From Antedon mediterranea (taxonomy: Eukaryota > Animalia > Echinodermata): 64,000 nt of DNA. Under the pieces are notes generated by a model, which saw only the letters and a list, made by a program, of their open reading frames with translations, was not told the origin of the DNA and made no database searches. Each line of letters opens with the position of its first letter. Position 1 is the stretch's first letter. The stretch lies in contig NC_092679.1 in NCBI RefSeq assembly GCF_964355755.1, forward strand, positions 18,955,432 through 19,019,431, written 5' to 3'. Positions 36,660-50,600 of the stretch are shown in pieces. The position numbers were made by a program, and so were the translations under genes.

Positions 36660-39026
36660 AAGATCTCAGAATGCATAAATGTTATTTCAGTAGTTTAACT
36701 TTTGTTTAAGAATTGTTAAATGAAATTTCTATACAGAAATAAGCACTGTAATAATTCATTATAATAACATTTCATTCATTCTCTTTCCTGTTGGTAAGTT
36801 AAGATTTAAATGTATGTTCGCATTTACAGTATATAATATTGTATTTTATACAATAATCAGCAGATGATTATTGTCTTTATCGATTGAACCTGTGCGTATT
36901 TATGGCTGGTTTGCACCTGTACCGGTTGACCACTCGACTCGTTATCTTTAATATTCACTATGATAATTTTCAACCACTGTGTTAATTACATCTTCGATTC
37001 TCGCATCTGAAAATGTAATCCAATATGACAATTAATATTAAACAACGTAATTACAGTATTTTATTACTAAAGATTTAAAAAAATTATTCAAATATATTTA
37101 ATTTGAGGATCTACAATTTCTGATATTTCTGTTATCATCAATACAGTTATTTAAATTATAGTTAAAATATCTATTTTGACGGTTATATTTCAGAATTAAT
37201 AAAGCCATTCTACATGCAAATGGCCATGCCCCAGTCGCTGTAATTAATACAATTAAATTTTTAAAATGCTGTCATCAAAACTCTAGCTAAAAGCATAGTC
37301 TAAATAGTTTTGTTCTGTATAGCATGGGTATGCAAAACTAAATTCTACCATAATAAATTAAAGTACAAAATAAAGCACAATATATCCACCAGTGAGACAA
37401 CAGTGTCTTACTTACAGTAGCGATAAATACATAGCTAGTACATTATTTTAAATAACAATAACTATTGTTACATTTTGTAATTGTTTAGTTTAGGTAGATC
37501 TACCATAACAAAATGGGGCATTTCTCAAAAACTACATAAGTCATGATAACATTGGTTAATAATAATATGGTATGATAATTTTATTTTGATCAAGAAGGCA
37601 TGATATGTACACTATACTGACTGTTATATTAGGTCTGCTCAACTTCAACATATATTACTATATATATATTAATTAGCCTACTATGCCTAGGACAGGTCTA
37701 AAGTACAGCTAACTAAACTAGACAAGGCCTAGGCCTACCTAGTAATTAATAACATCCCTAGCTAGTCATGTAGGCCCACTACTATTAGCTAGAGCCTAGC
37801 CATAGATATATCCTACACTCTAGTTGGAAGCTGTAAAATAGGTTTGTAGTAGTTAAATAGTAGTAGAAGACGCGCTTACGTACTAGGACTAGGAGTCTAG
37901 GCCCTACTAGGCCTACTACTACTACTAGCCTACTATTAGGCTAGGCCTACCTGCTATCTATCTCTAGAGAGAGAGGGCTTGTATTGTATTGTACTGCTGG
38001 TGGTAGGCTTAAATATTCAATCAAAGTTTAGGCATAATAAGTAATGGAAGGGGTATTTGTAATCTATGCTATTCTGGAATAATTTAATTATAATAATAGC
38101 CCTAAATAAAATAAAAGTGACTAATTACGGTTAGTACAAATCTAAAAACAATACAAAATAAAACTTACCATTTTAATATTTGTACCTGCTGTAAGGTCAC
38201 TTTGCATGCATGACTACACAAACTATCAGCCAATCAGAAAGTCAAATTGTTTTCACTGGGAGGAAACTTTGAACAAAATACTTTTGGTGTGGCATACAAA
38301 TATGGGGATGAGTTTTCATTATATCTTGTTTATGTACAATTTTGGTAGTATCGCTATAAGGGCTATATAATTATTATTATCTATTTTATTATTTTTAATC
38401 CGTAGGCACTACAAACACTATGTTAATAACCGGTAACAGGTTGCGAGGCACACAATATGCGTACTTCTTAGCTCTCTTCCTAATTTTCCCAAAAAGTCGG
38501 ATTAATATAGTACTAAAAACGGCAATGCAAACATTATATATTGGCCCTTGGTTTAGTAAATGAATTAATCAAGTGTGTCTAAAAACATTTAAAGACAAAC
38601 CGTTTGGTTTTTCGAAATTTCATCGTATATTATTGGGCAATGCTTTTCAGTATACCGTACGAGAGTGATGTGACACTTTGTAATTGGTTTTGTTTGTTTT
38701 TTATTCATCTGTTTTTGTATATCTCAGAGCAAACATAATTTATATCTACTGTATATTTTATATGCAAATGACAATAAATGGAAGTCATTTTCCACGAATG
38801 AATAAATCTATATATAATGTTCTTTGTCTGATTTGTTTATATATATATAAATCCAAAGGCAAATTACTGAAAAAAATGACAATGCTGTGGGTATCAGTGG
38901 CTGGGTCTCAATGGAGATACAAAATAAAAGCGAAAAGCTAAATCAAAACGAGAAGTAAAACAGCCAGAAAAGTTAGCAGAGCTTTCGGGCAACACTAGCC
39001 CTTATTATATATTATATATATCCAAT

Positions 39027-39071
39027 CTGCAGACACTACTGTTTCGATCTTATTAGATCTCGTCAGTGCAG
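39027..39071 (-). ncRNA. Type I hammerhead ribozyme motif
   Basis: Minus-strand RNA CUGCA-CUGACGA-GAUCU(AAUA)AGAUC-GAA-ACA(GUAG)UGU-C-UGCAG: complete core, three paired stems and a GUC cleavage triplet. Confidence 0.8.
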
Positions 39072-39556
39072 CCGATATATTTGATAATAGGCCTACATTT
39101 GCCGATAGTATAATAATTGTCCTTATGTATCAAGCCAAAATGACAATCTTAGACAAGACGACGTAGACAGATTGATTATATTATTATTGCACATTTTATT
39201 ATATTTATAAATAGATATACAAGGTATAATATCAACAATGGATATATATCATTATTATTGACAATTGAATCGAGGCATTAAAACCTTCTGAACTTTAACA
39301 AAAATAATCTTATAACGTAACATAGGCGGTGATGACACTTGGTACAATAATCAGACATCCTATGCCTTTTCAGCCAGCAACTCCTTACGCTGATGTATCG
39401 TCCAACGCTATCGTGGTGGTCTCGAAGGACAGCTAGTAGGTGACCAATCAAAGGAACCAAATACACTAGTCCTACCCGTACCAAGAGACGACCGAACGCA
39501 GAGAAGAAGTCCATTATTGTTATGTGTTTTTTTTGTTTTTATTTTTTTTTTATTTT

Positions 39557-40358
39557 TTATTTTCGGGACTCTCTGTGCTTTCGCCACATGCCATAACTTG
39601 TGTTATCTTCAGGGCGTTGCATAGTTGGACGTCTTGGCACCCTGGTTGGCTTTGCCAGTCTATGGTTTTCAGTACAAGTAGAGGTATACATGGCTGGGGT
39701 TATAGATGGCAGCGCAACGTTAATGTTTTCCACACTGGGACGTCTTGGTACATCACCGAGTCGTGGCTGGCTCAGTTGTGGCCGATTTGTAAGTCGTCCA
39801 ATAGATGGTTTCTTGGTGTCCATTTCTAACGTGGAACTTCGACGACCGACGACGTTAACACGTGACGGACGTCTTCCAAGTGAAGGTCTAATCTCTGTTT
39901 TTGTGTTTGATCCTAAAAGCTGGTCCCAATAATCATCAACGTCATCCGGGTTAGCGTTAAGAACTAGCGGACTGGTTTTTCCAGACGGATTAACCATATC
40001 CACAATTCTTTCACGTTTCTTGTTAGGTTTTCTTTGTTTTTTAACCAGATTGTCTAAGTACTGGTCATGATTCTCAATTGGAGCTGCAAAATTAATTGTA
40101 GGAAATTAGGAGAATGAATGAAACATAACAATGTTTTTGATGTATTATTGTTATTAAACCATGTAGTACTTTTATTTTATTCCTCAAATATATTTTCTTA
40201 ATACATTTTATTCTATACCTTTTCGGGCTGCCAAGTCGGAATCAGACAAGTGTCTACAGGCGTCTGGGTAAACAGCTCTAAAATGTTCTTCTACTCTCTT
40301 CTGCCTCCTCCACTCATCGCGTTCTTGTTCAGTTGTAGAAAACTGATAAGCACTGAGT
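39557..40358 (-). CDS. Unrecognised spliced gene, copy 3, divergent from ALKBH1 (5' end not found)
   Basis: Exons 40358-40219 and 40083-39557 join in frame. Indels relative to copy 1 preserve the frame and the same stop codon. Confidence 0.6.
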
Positions 40359-41962
40359 CTGTAACAGAATAATAATCGTAAACACAGTTACCTTGTTTAT
40401 GTAGGTAACTGGATGTAGTGACTGGATCTCTAATACAAAATGATACGACAGTTAAATCATATTATCATAACACTGCTACATTGTGAAGGGGATCGGTCAC
40501 ACACATCTTCACGGAGTGCGCACGTTGGGTCTCTTAATTCTCAGCCTGATAGTATTATAGTAGTACCGGTACTAAAAAATTAAGACGTCAATTAAAAAAA
40601 TACAGACTTGCATTAGGCCGGTCTAGTAAATTTATAAGAAAATATGTATCACTACGGTTTATTTTATTTACTAACGTTTGGTTTTGCGAGATTCCATCGT
40701 ATTTTTATAATTATAACTTAATATACATACATGAAGAGGGTCTCGGAAACCCGTTTATGATAATGCGCGCGTAGGCTACTGTGTACGCGCTTCTACAATG
40801 CGCGCTCAGCCCTAGCCAGATCTTATTTCTTTCCGCCCCCCGAAAAGAAAATTAAAATGATAGTACGGTACTAACAACTTTTAAGACGTTGATAAAAAAA
40901 GTTGAAAGTTTCTATTATGTTGTTTATGTTAAATGTTGCTCATGTTACAATTTTGGTAGTATCACTATTAAGCTAGGCTTATGTACTAATTATTATCTAA
41001 GCCTTTTTATTATTTTTAATCCGTAGCCTACAGACAGTATGTTAATACACGCGCGGAAACACGTTGCGATACACGCGCTTCCACACATTATGCGCGCTTA
41101 GCTCTGTTCCTATTTTTTTCCAATAATTAGGAATTATATTACGGTACTAAAACCAGGGAGTTGTTAACAACTCCCTGCTAAAACCATTTAAGACGGCAAT
41201 GAAAAAGATATATATTCGCCCTTGTTCTAGTAAATTAATTAATAAAGTGTTTATTACTAAACAAATTAAAGACAAACCGTTTGGTTTTTCGAGATTCCAT
41301 CTTAAATTTTGCAGAGAAAATTCAGTAAAAGTTTAGTTTTTCGTACAGGAAAGTTTGTTGTGTTGTTGCCATAGGATGATTACGTCATCATTTGTGCCCA
41401 TGCGCTGTGTCTCACGCTAGTGAGGTTTAGAGAGAGAGGGGGAGGGGGTCGGAATTTATTGAATGACGATGGTGGGTTGGAACGGACGTTGTATGTGAAC
41501 GGACAGTATGCCTATATATACAATAGGGGAAATACATTGAAAAATTGGCTCCATCATCAAAGAGCATACATCAATTACTGTTACGGAATAAAACTATTAC
41601 AAGTTCTTCTTTATAGTGAATAAAAGTAGGCCTAGTAAGAGTAATAGGCCCTACTTAAAAGTTGTAAGAAAACTTCAAAAGTTTTGCTCTGCGCATCAAT
41701 CAGCGCATTAGACTAGTTCATTTTTCAAGAGGTAAGTAATATTTAGATATTATTTGCAAATAATAGTTAAAATAAATACCAATGCATAATGTATTTGCTA
41801 TGATCTATTAATCAAAAAACAATAATATTTATAAATAGATTTAAACTGATTTATATTTGATAGTTTATAGTTTAGTGAGTTAGTTTTTATCAACTGTGTC
41901 ATGTCATTTTAATAAAATCGTCGGAGAGAGGAGATTGGAGAGGGAGACAGAGGAGGAGCAAT

Positions 41963-44900
41963 ATGGCGACGTTCATGAGTGACACTTGCGATTGTTCTTC
42001 GCCTGAAGTTGATCTTTTTAAAGTTGATTTTAAATACTATAAAAGTCGCAAACCGCCTCCCAAATACGATAATTGTATTAATTTTACTTTTTCTACGACT
42101 AATAATCACTTGGTAAATATTTGTATTAACGTTTTAGTAAGGATTCTAAGTAAAGAATTAGGCCTATAGGCTAGGCCCTAACTAGCCTAGCTAGGCCTAG
42201 GCCTACTAGCTAGGCCAGTCCGTTGTTTGGGCAGCTCCAGGTCACCCCAGTTTGTGTGCTCCAGCCAGTGGGAAAAATTAAATGAGCCTAGCTAGCCTAG
42301 TCAAACTTTACTAGGCCTAGGCCTAAGTATAAATTAACTAGGCCTAGCTAGGCTAGGCCTATATAACCATTTAATTAGGCAGCTAGTAGTAGTATGTTAA
42401 TGCTTGGCCCTAGGCCCTATATAGGCCTATACTCTAGCTAGCCTAGCGAGGCCTACCTAGGTCAGGATTAAATAAATAACAAATAATTTTTTATTTTATT
42501 TTTAGATTGAAGAGGCCTACTATCAATAATATATAATATAGCCTTTTTTATAATATATGTAATTAAATTAAAAAGATAAGAATAATTAATATATTAATAA
42601 AAATAATATCAAGTAAGCAAGTAATATTAATAGAGTAGAGGCTAAGTGAGCCTAATTTTAGCATTGGTATACAGTACAATGATATGAATATTTTATCTTC
42701 GCAGGTTACACCTTTTAAATTGCTATCACCCAAAGATGATTTGCATTTAAAATTAGGTTTAAAAACACCAGCTGAGTGGGAGTGTTTCAAACATCAGCAA
42801 TGTCCAGGTTTGCAATCAAACATTTTTTTCTTAATAAATGGATAAACTGTGAACCAGTTTTAATTCTTAAAAAAAACATTTCCCTTCACCCTTAAATCAA
42901 AATCCTTGATATGGTATTTATACAGAATATTGTATCACCAGGGGCAGATTGCTATAAAACAGTCTTAACTGATGTCTTAACTCCCCTATTAAAGCTGATC
43001 AGATAGACGGTCCTACTAAATCCACCCTGTTAGACCTTTGCTATAAAACAGTCTTAGCTACTGTAAGACCGCGTACAGTAACAAATTGAGGGCATACTTT
43101 CCACGTAGAATACCAAATATGGTCCGGTAATGTTCGTCACGCTTGCTCAATTTCAGTACGTACATTTCTACGCGAGAAAATCTATTCTAGGCTTATATAA
43201 AAATAAGATCACCATTATTATTTAATTAAACACTTAAAACTTGTTCAATTGGTTGTCTTTCACAATCAAATACGTATGAGCAATAAAAAGAGAGGTTTGC
43301 ATTTGTTTTAAAAATTCTTCGAGTAGGCTTAATTTTAAAGACCACTTACAGGTTAGACCAAGGTATAGCAATGGTCTATAATAAAGACTACTTGCTGTGT
43401 CATGAATTATAGCTAGCTGACTGCTAAGACCGGTTATAGACCTTAAAGCAATCCGTCCCAGTTGTACCAAAACTCACTTTGTTTGTGCATCTTTTTTTTT
43501 TCTTTCCAGGTTTGATTTTTATAAGAAACCCATTCTTACATGGTTATCAACGATATTGGGTGAAACAATGCCTTGAAGAGTTTACAAAGAAACCCAATAA
43601 AACAAACTTGGATGGAGAATATAGTTCATCGGACACCTTTAATAATATTCTTGGTAATAAGTGAGTCCTTACAATTTCTAATATGTTGCATGAATAAGCC
43701 CACACCGAGATATAAGCCAATTCCCACATTCCTCTCGTATTCAATAATTCATCATGTTCATATTTGGGCACATTTTTTTGTCACATTAAGTTTGATATTG
43801 TAGACTGAGCTTAAAGATGTATTGTCCTTTGAAACATAAAAAATGAAGGTCAAAGTATTCTAAATTTAAATTGGCCATATCAAAGTAATATTAAAGTTAT
43901 TCACTTTAAATCGAAAATTCGAGCCAAAAACAACAAGTTTACATAATTAACAGGTAAATTAATTTGATTACATTTCGTCTGGAAAATCGTCACGAGCGAA
44001 AGTAAACAAAGATTTCAAACCATGAGTATGCATTATGCATGATGATAATTAGGATTGTTTACAACTCGTCACGGTTCAGAAGGTCTTTTCACACAGATCG
44101 CGAGGTAATTTTATGATTATGCATACAGACTAGCCAAACAAGTGCGTTGCATTATGAGATATGTTTTGATCGAAAACTTTGACTGGAAGTCAATGTTATT
44201 TTTTAAACAAAAAAAACATCTGTCTGTTAAATGTTTTTTTTTTCGACTAATTTTTGGTGAAAGTTAATAACTATTATGATACTTCAAAATGACCAACTTT
44301 TTTTCGAAATAATTTTTTTTTTTTTTTGAATTAGTCAAATGGACAATACATCTTTAAGGGAACCCTTCAGTAGTTTCTTTTAAAAGCTGTCCCCCTTAAT
44401 AGTACTACTAAAATTGATGTGTCACTGTACTAACTCTATTTTTTTTTACTCCTTTTCTTCTAGAGAACTTTGTAAGAAGCTACGCTGGGTTACTCTAGGC
44501 TACCAATATGATTGGACGAATAAGCTTTATTATGCAAATGAGTATGTTCCATTTCCTCCGGATCTTGCGGAATTAACAAAATATCTTGCTAAAAAACTTG
44601 AATTTATGAACTTCACACCAGAGGCAGGCATTGTGAATTTCTATCACATGGATTCCACCCTGGGAGGCCACACAGACCATTCTGAATATGACATGACTGC
44701 ACCATTGTTCTCGATAAGGTTAGTATTTTTATTTTTAAGCAATCATTACCTTATCAGGCATGACCAGATGCGAGGCAAAATAAATGACTAAAGACAACAA
44801 TAATAACTTTATTTGAACACTATATATACCATAGTTTGAAAATAAAATAAAATAAACAATATTGTATTGTATTGCCGGAGATTGGAACATAAAGTATGAA

Positions 44901-46002
44901 CCAGACATTGGACACCGCATATATTTATCTAAAAGAGTTTTAAAAAATGGAATAAAGGGTTAACCCTAAAAAGTAATTACATACAGTTAAGAACCTATAT
45001 GTCAAGCTCAGACAGTTCTCGTGTTTAATTTGTTATTCCCTGACCTTTAAATGGAATAGCCATGTGTTACCTGATTGGTCAGTTTTGGTAAAATTTCACT
45101 TCCGGTGTATTATTTTAAAAATTTCCCAAGACAAAAAAACCAAAAAGCTCACAAACCATTGAAGTTTAAATAATATTTAAAGCCAAATGTTCAATTTATA
45201 CTCATGGCCCAATTCTAAAACCTTGTCTACACTATCAAACTGTATGTGACAAAAAATTGTGTATTGTGATGTGCCCATATATGGACATGATGATGTGATA
45301 TCACTACCAAATTTTGGAATATTACTACCATATTTAAGCACATCACACTTTGTTTTCAAACTAGTTTGATAGTGTAGACAGAGCTTAAGACTTATAACTT
45401 AAGTCTATCTTAATTGCAGCTTCGGCCAGACAGCAGTTTTCTTAATTGGTGGTCCTACTAAAACTACAAAACCAGTAGCTATGTTTGTTAACAGCGGGGA
45501 CGTGATTGTAATGTCTGGATCAGCGCGCTTAGCATATCACGCTGTGCCTCGAATCATTCCAGCTCGTTCAGAGTTAATGGTAGAATCGTTTACCCTTCCT
45601 GGTAAAGGTGATTTTGCTGATATTAACACAACATTTAATGCAGACGGTAAAGACAGTTGTCTTCCTCCGAAAGCTAAAATGGCTAAAACTTCTGCAGAAC
45701 AAAATTCTATTCGCTTTAAAAATACTTCATCAATAACAAACGTGAAAACAGAAGGCACAGTGTTTCCATCCGAAAAAACAAAAGTGCGTTGCGAGCAACC
45801 TCAAGAAGAAATCACAAAGTCAACTCAGTCCCTCATAAGCTGTGCTAGCAAAAATATAACATTTAATATTCATGACGAGGTGAGAAAATTGGGTACAGAT
45901 ATTTCCTGGCAACCATTTGAAGACTTTTTGAAAACTAGTCGCATTAATATGAATGTAAGGCAAGTATTACCAGAAGGGAAAACTTTTACAAATATTTTAT
46001 GA
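41963..46002 (+). CDS. ALKBH1: Nucleic acid dioxygenase ALKBH1 (AlkB homolog 1), about 413 aa
   Basis: Exons 41963-42112 (DLFKVDFKYYKSRKPPP), 42705-42807, 43510-43660 (GLIFIRNPF..GYQRYWVKQCL), 44464-44718 (KLRWVTLGYQYDW; EAGIVNFY; GHTD), 45420-46002 (SFGQTAVFLIGG; SGDVIVMSG..RLAYHAVPRI; SRINMNVRQV). 1242 nt in frame; HxD...H and RxxxxxR motifs are intact. Confidence 0.96.
42941..43459. mobile_element. Probable MITE in ALKBH1 intron 2
   Basis: Imperfect TIR GGGGCAGATTGCTATA / TAAAGCAATCCGTCCC. Confidence 0.55.
43815..44353. mobile_element. TTAA-flanked TIR element (Kolobok-like) in ALKBH1 intron 3
   Basis: ttaa-AGATGTATTGTCC ... GGACAATACATCT-ttaa. Partial relatives at about 8020-8140 and 14590-14716. 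Confidence 0.8.
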
Positions 46003-47427
46003 TAGTCTGACAATATTTTGCAGACTTTATTATGAATAATAATTATAAATAATGTTGCAATAATATTAATGAGAAACTAGGTCTGAATTGAAAAATATTT
46101 TATGATAGTCTTGCGACATTTTGCAGACTTTTAGCATATACTACTACCTAGCTACTAAGCTAGGCAAAGTTATATAATAATAATAAACATTTATAATATT
46201 GCAATTAAAAAAATTCATCAAAGGCGAATGTATTCTACTCTAGTAGAAGACGCCCGCAATAAAGTAGTAAAAATATGGTATAATATAAATAAGTACGTTA
46301 GTCAAATGTGATGAACGCAAAATACTTTATTTCAGCCATACACCATCTTGTTCAAACGTATTGCACTACAGAACTTAAATGTATATCATAAGTAAAATAA
46401 GTTTTTTTGAACTAATAAATAGATATATTTAAGTGCATATTGTTTATATTAAGTAAAAATAATGATTAATCTTTTGGTCCACATTTATTTACATTTAATT
46501 TTTTACCAAAAAAAACACGTTTTGTAAATAGAGATATTACATTATTGTCTTATGCAATAAAATATGAATAATTATTGTTTAATTGCACATTTTATAATCA
46601 AGGTATTTTTTCTATGACTTGCGTTTAAGTTTTTGTTGCAAACTAGACCTATCATTTCTCTACGGATCATCTTAGTTCTAAAAATAATTTGATAACACAG
46701 CCTCTTTTATTCAATCACATCTTCGTAAAATGTTTTCAAATAACACCACGTCAGTCTCTGTACAAGAACACTAAAGTACATTTAATATATAATAATTTAA
46801 ATTAATATTCACACGCTATGGACTTAATCGTGCATAGATTAATCGAACGGATTTAAGGTGATCATATCAGAGTTACATCCGACGGAAGTAGTGCTCGTGT
46901 AATCGGTGAACACTCTTTTTAACTCCGTTTCGCTACCGTCGATATGACTTCGCCGGCTGACCTTTGATATAACTCCACCGGCTGACCTTTAATATAAATC
47001 CGCCGGCTGCCCTTTGATTTAACTTCGATATGTTTACGTAGGTCGACTCAGATGTAACGTTATACCTGTATGTTTGAACAGTGAAACCGATAGAAATAAC
47101 TGCATTTAACTCCGATAGATAAAATAGCGTGTGAACATGGTCTCCTTTTCAATGTATTGTTAGTTATGATTTCTTTCAGTGACCTTGTAAAATATTTTAA
47201 ATAAATGCATATTATGTACTAATATTATCACATTTTGAGGGACGGCTTGTTTAATGTAACCTACATTTTGGATAAATTATTTATAAGCCTACTAGGAAAA
47301 ATTAAAATCGCTTGAAAATGAAATACCATTAAGGCACGCTTGGTCCGCCATCAGCTAAACCCACCATGACTTTTCTTTACACTCTACTGAGACAACAATT
47401 GGTGAGATTTAAAAGGATATCAGTGAG

Positions 47428-47566
<139 letters not shown>

Positions 47567-47652
47567 ATTTCTTTATTGTTGGAATTTACAGTTCATAGTA
47601 TATAGGTATCTATAGCATCCAAGAAAATAAACATAAGAGCAGAGTACCTTAA

Positions 47653-50600
47653 TTAATCAATCACTGGATGGACAGAACTTTTAGAACATTTAGATTTGCA
47701 CCATTTGATTGGTGGTAAAAGAGAACCAAAGTCGTCTTCTGGTCCAATCAATGCCATCACCGTCGAAAATAAACCAAGCGAGAACGCCATAGAGAATCCT
47801 ATTGTGCAAAACATAAAGATGCCAAATTGCATAAAGAATGTAATCTTGGCGAGTAGCATGAAGAAGGAAGCACCAAGTGTTGTTGTTGCTCCTGATATTA
47901 CTGATATTCCAACTCGTCGAAGCATCTCTCGTGTTCTGCCACGACGGTCTCGTTTGTCAGATACATGGTATGCCTCGGCTAGATGCACTACGTAGTCTAC
48001 GGCTAGCCCCACAACCAGTGATAAGTTAAGCGATTCCAGAGGCTGAAAGATAAAAAAAAAACTATTTCAGTTCGTCAAAGACAAAAAATGTACTTCCGAC
48101 ATCGAGCGAAATATTTTACACAGCTTTTGAGAAATGCCCTCAGTTTCAATTATGCGAAATAAGCGTCCATGTCCGTACACATTTTAGAACTACTAACTTC
48201 AGTTCTTCAAATATGAAATTGGCTAAGCAACAACAAAAAAGAATTTTGCACTTCTGATCACACTTATCTTGAGCGAAATATTAACACACAGATGAAACTT
48301 ACTAATTTTCTTTTGCGAAGTGCCCTCTTTAGTTTGAGTAATGCATGCTCATAAGAGTTAGTGTTGTGATTAGTGTTAGAGTTTGCATTAGTGTTATAGT
48401 TAGGATTAGTGTTAGAGTTAGGATTAGTGCTAGAGTAAGGATTAATGTTAGGATTAGTTTTAGAGTAGGGATTAGTGTTATAGTTAGGATTAGTATATTT
48501 ATTTTGATGACATGAAATATAGCTCGTGAGCTCGACATTCGATTAGCAGGGTGACACTACTTACCCCAAGTTGCCAGCCAGCCAGTGGTATCACCCCCAC
48601 AACAGACACTGTAATGAGACTTATTATGATGGTTGCTAGAGTTCCTATTACCAAGTTAACAGTCGTCGTTACAAGAACGCATAAGGCTACCAGTAGCCCT
48701 ATCATGATACCTCTAACTGCCGAATTTGCGAGTTCCTGGAAAAACAACAAACAAATAATATAACACCGTAAGATGATCAAATTAATGTTGAATTCTTAAT
48801 TAATAAAGTTTTTTTATATCAGTCAGTCAGGCACCCTTTTTTCACTGTTAACGTCCGTAAGTTGTGTTCATGCGAACTCTAAATTTGTAGCTTCAATTAT
48901 GCTGGAGAACGGAGGGTGAAATTGGATCCTTTAAATCATCTCCCATTTGTAATTTTTATGATTATATTATATTCATTCATTTATTTACACAACGCAAAAT
49001 TCAAAATATGTTAACAAAATATGAATATTAATTTTCCTGTATTGATGGGCCTAGGTTAAAATGATGATACAGTAATATGAATATGTCCACATACATCTTG
49101 TACTTTCATCCAATGCCACATTCCGCTATCTCCATCTGGTGGAGGGGTGCATTGAAACCCTCTATTTACACCACTTGGCATCTTCGCCATCTGCACAAAA
49201 TATAATGAAGGATAAATAATGTTATTCATTATATTGTATTTGTCATGATTCCCTTTGTGATGTTATTGTTCTGTAATTTCTGATGGTGAATATATTTGAT
49301 TTTTTCTTGACGTGTTAAATCAGAAACCTTGTTATGGTTTTGGTTTTGGCATGTATGAATTACTAATTCGTCAACTGTTGTATTTTTAATTCTTCTTATA
49401 TACCTCCCATATACTTCAGTATTCCTTCTTAACTCCCTAGCCTCAAGTCTGTATTATATTGTTCCAATTTGTGTCTGGAATATAGGCCTATTGTAAGTAC
49501 TTTATGTGAATGTGATGTGCCCATATGGACACGATGATGTCATATCATATTTAAGCATATCACTACCATTTGGGCACAACACAAACTTTTTTTTTGTCAA
49601 ACTATAGTGTGATAGTGTAGACAGGGGTTTAGTATGAAACGCCATATGTACCAACATGTTTATCCTTTTTACTATAATGGTCGATTGTCAAAAAAACCAA
49701 TTAGACAATTCCTGAAACGATTTACCTCTGTTTTCATAAATTCCTCCCATCTTTCTGCAATCGGATTAACCAGTGTAGGTCCGACCGTACCAAACACTAG
49801 AGTCGTTTCTACTGTGATAGCCGCATACCCCAGATGTGTTCCACTTTTCTCTGATAATAAACACAAATGCGTTATGTTCACATTAATGTTTTCGGTAATT
49901 ATGTATTATGGCTTAATGCGAGGTATTTGTTGTTTAATTATATTTACCTTGGTTTTCCGAGATGCACTTAACAAAAATGTAGTGCTTTTAGACCAAACAC
50001 TCACAGTTCGTATATGAAATAATTATGTTTATACGCGGGTTGAATGCACTTTTCTGAAATACACTTATCAACATGATCTCTACCCCGACCTAATTTCCAT
50101 CAAGAGGCTATACATAATTTAATATCCTTGAACCAAAATCAATATTAAACATATCGAATTTTTCTGAAATGTGTTTGTGTATTAATATGCACACTGTAAG
50201 TAATTAAAAAAAAATAAACCCTAGCAAACGTTCCATGATTCTGACTTATTGTAATTGGTAACTTAAGATGGCAAGTGCATATCGTTACACTCACCAAATC
50301 CAAATACAGCAAGGACGTATACGTAACCATAGTGAGTTGACCAATGACAAGCGACTGTTCGAATAATCCGTCGCTTTTGATTGGTCAAATCACTTAGGTT
50401 GCGCGTTACGTCTTTGCCTTGCGTCTCTGGAGAACCAAGCTTTAATCTGACGGTTTAAAAAATGTGATGTAGTTTAGTTTTTAAGACTATACAGATATCT
50501 TTGTGATGACCCTAAACATACATTTTAATGAATAATTATTTCTTTATTTAGTAGTCAAGTAGTACAGTGTACAAACAATACAAAATTTGTTTTCCATTAT

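Noticed and set aside
36118-36676. Tyr/Cys/Val-rich ORFs in three frames
   Set aside because: Translations of a simple satellite.
48329-48538. Leu/Thr ORF or interstitial telomere
   Set aside because: Degenerate hexamer tract in an intron with essentially no exact TTAGGG run.
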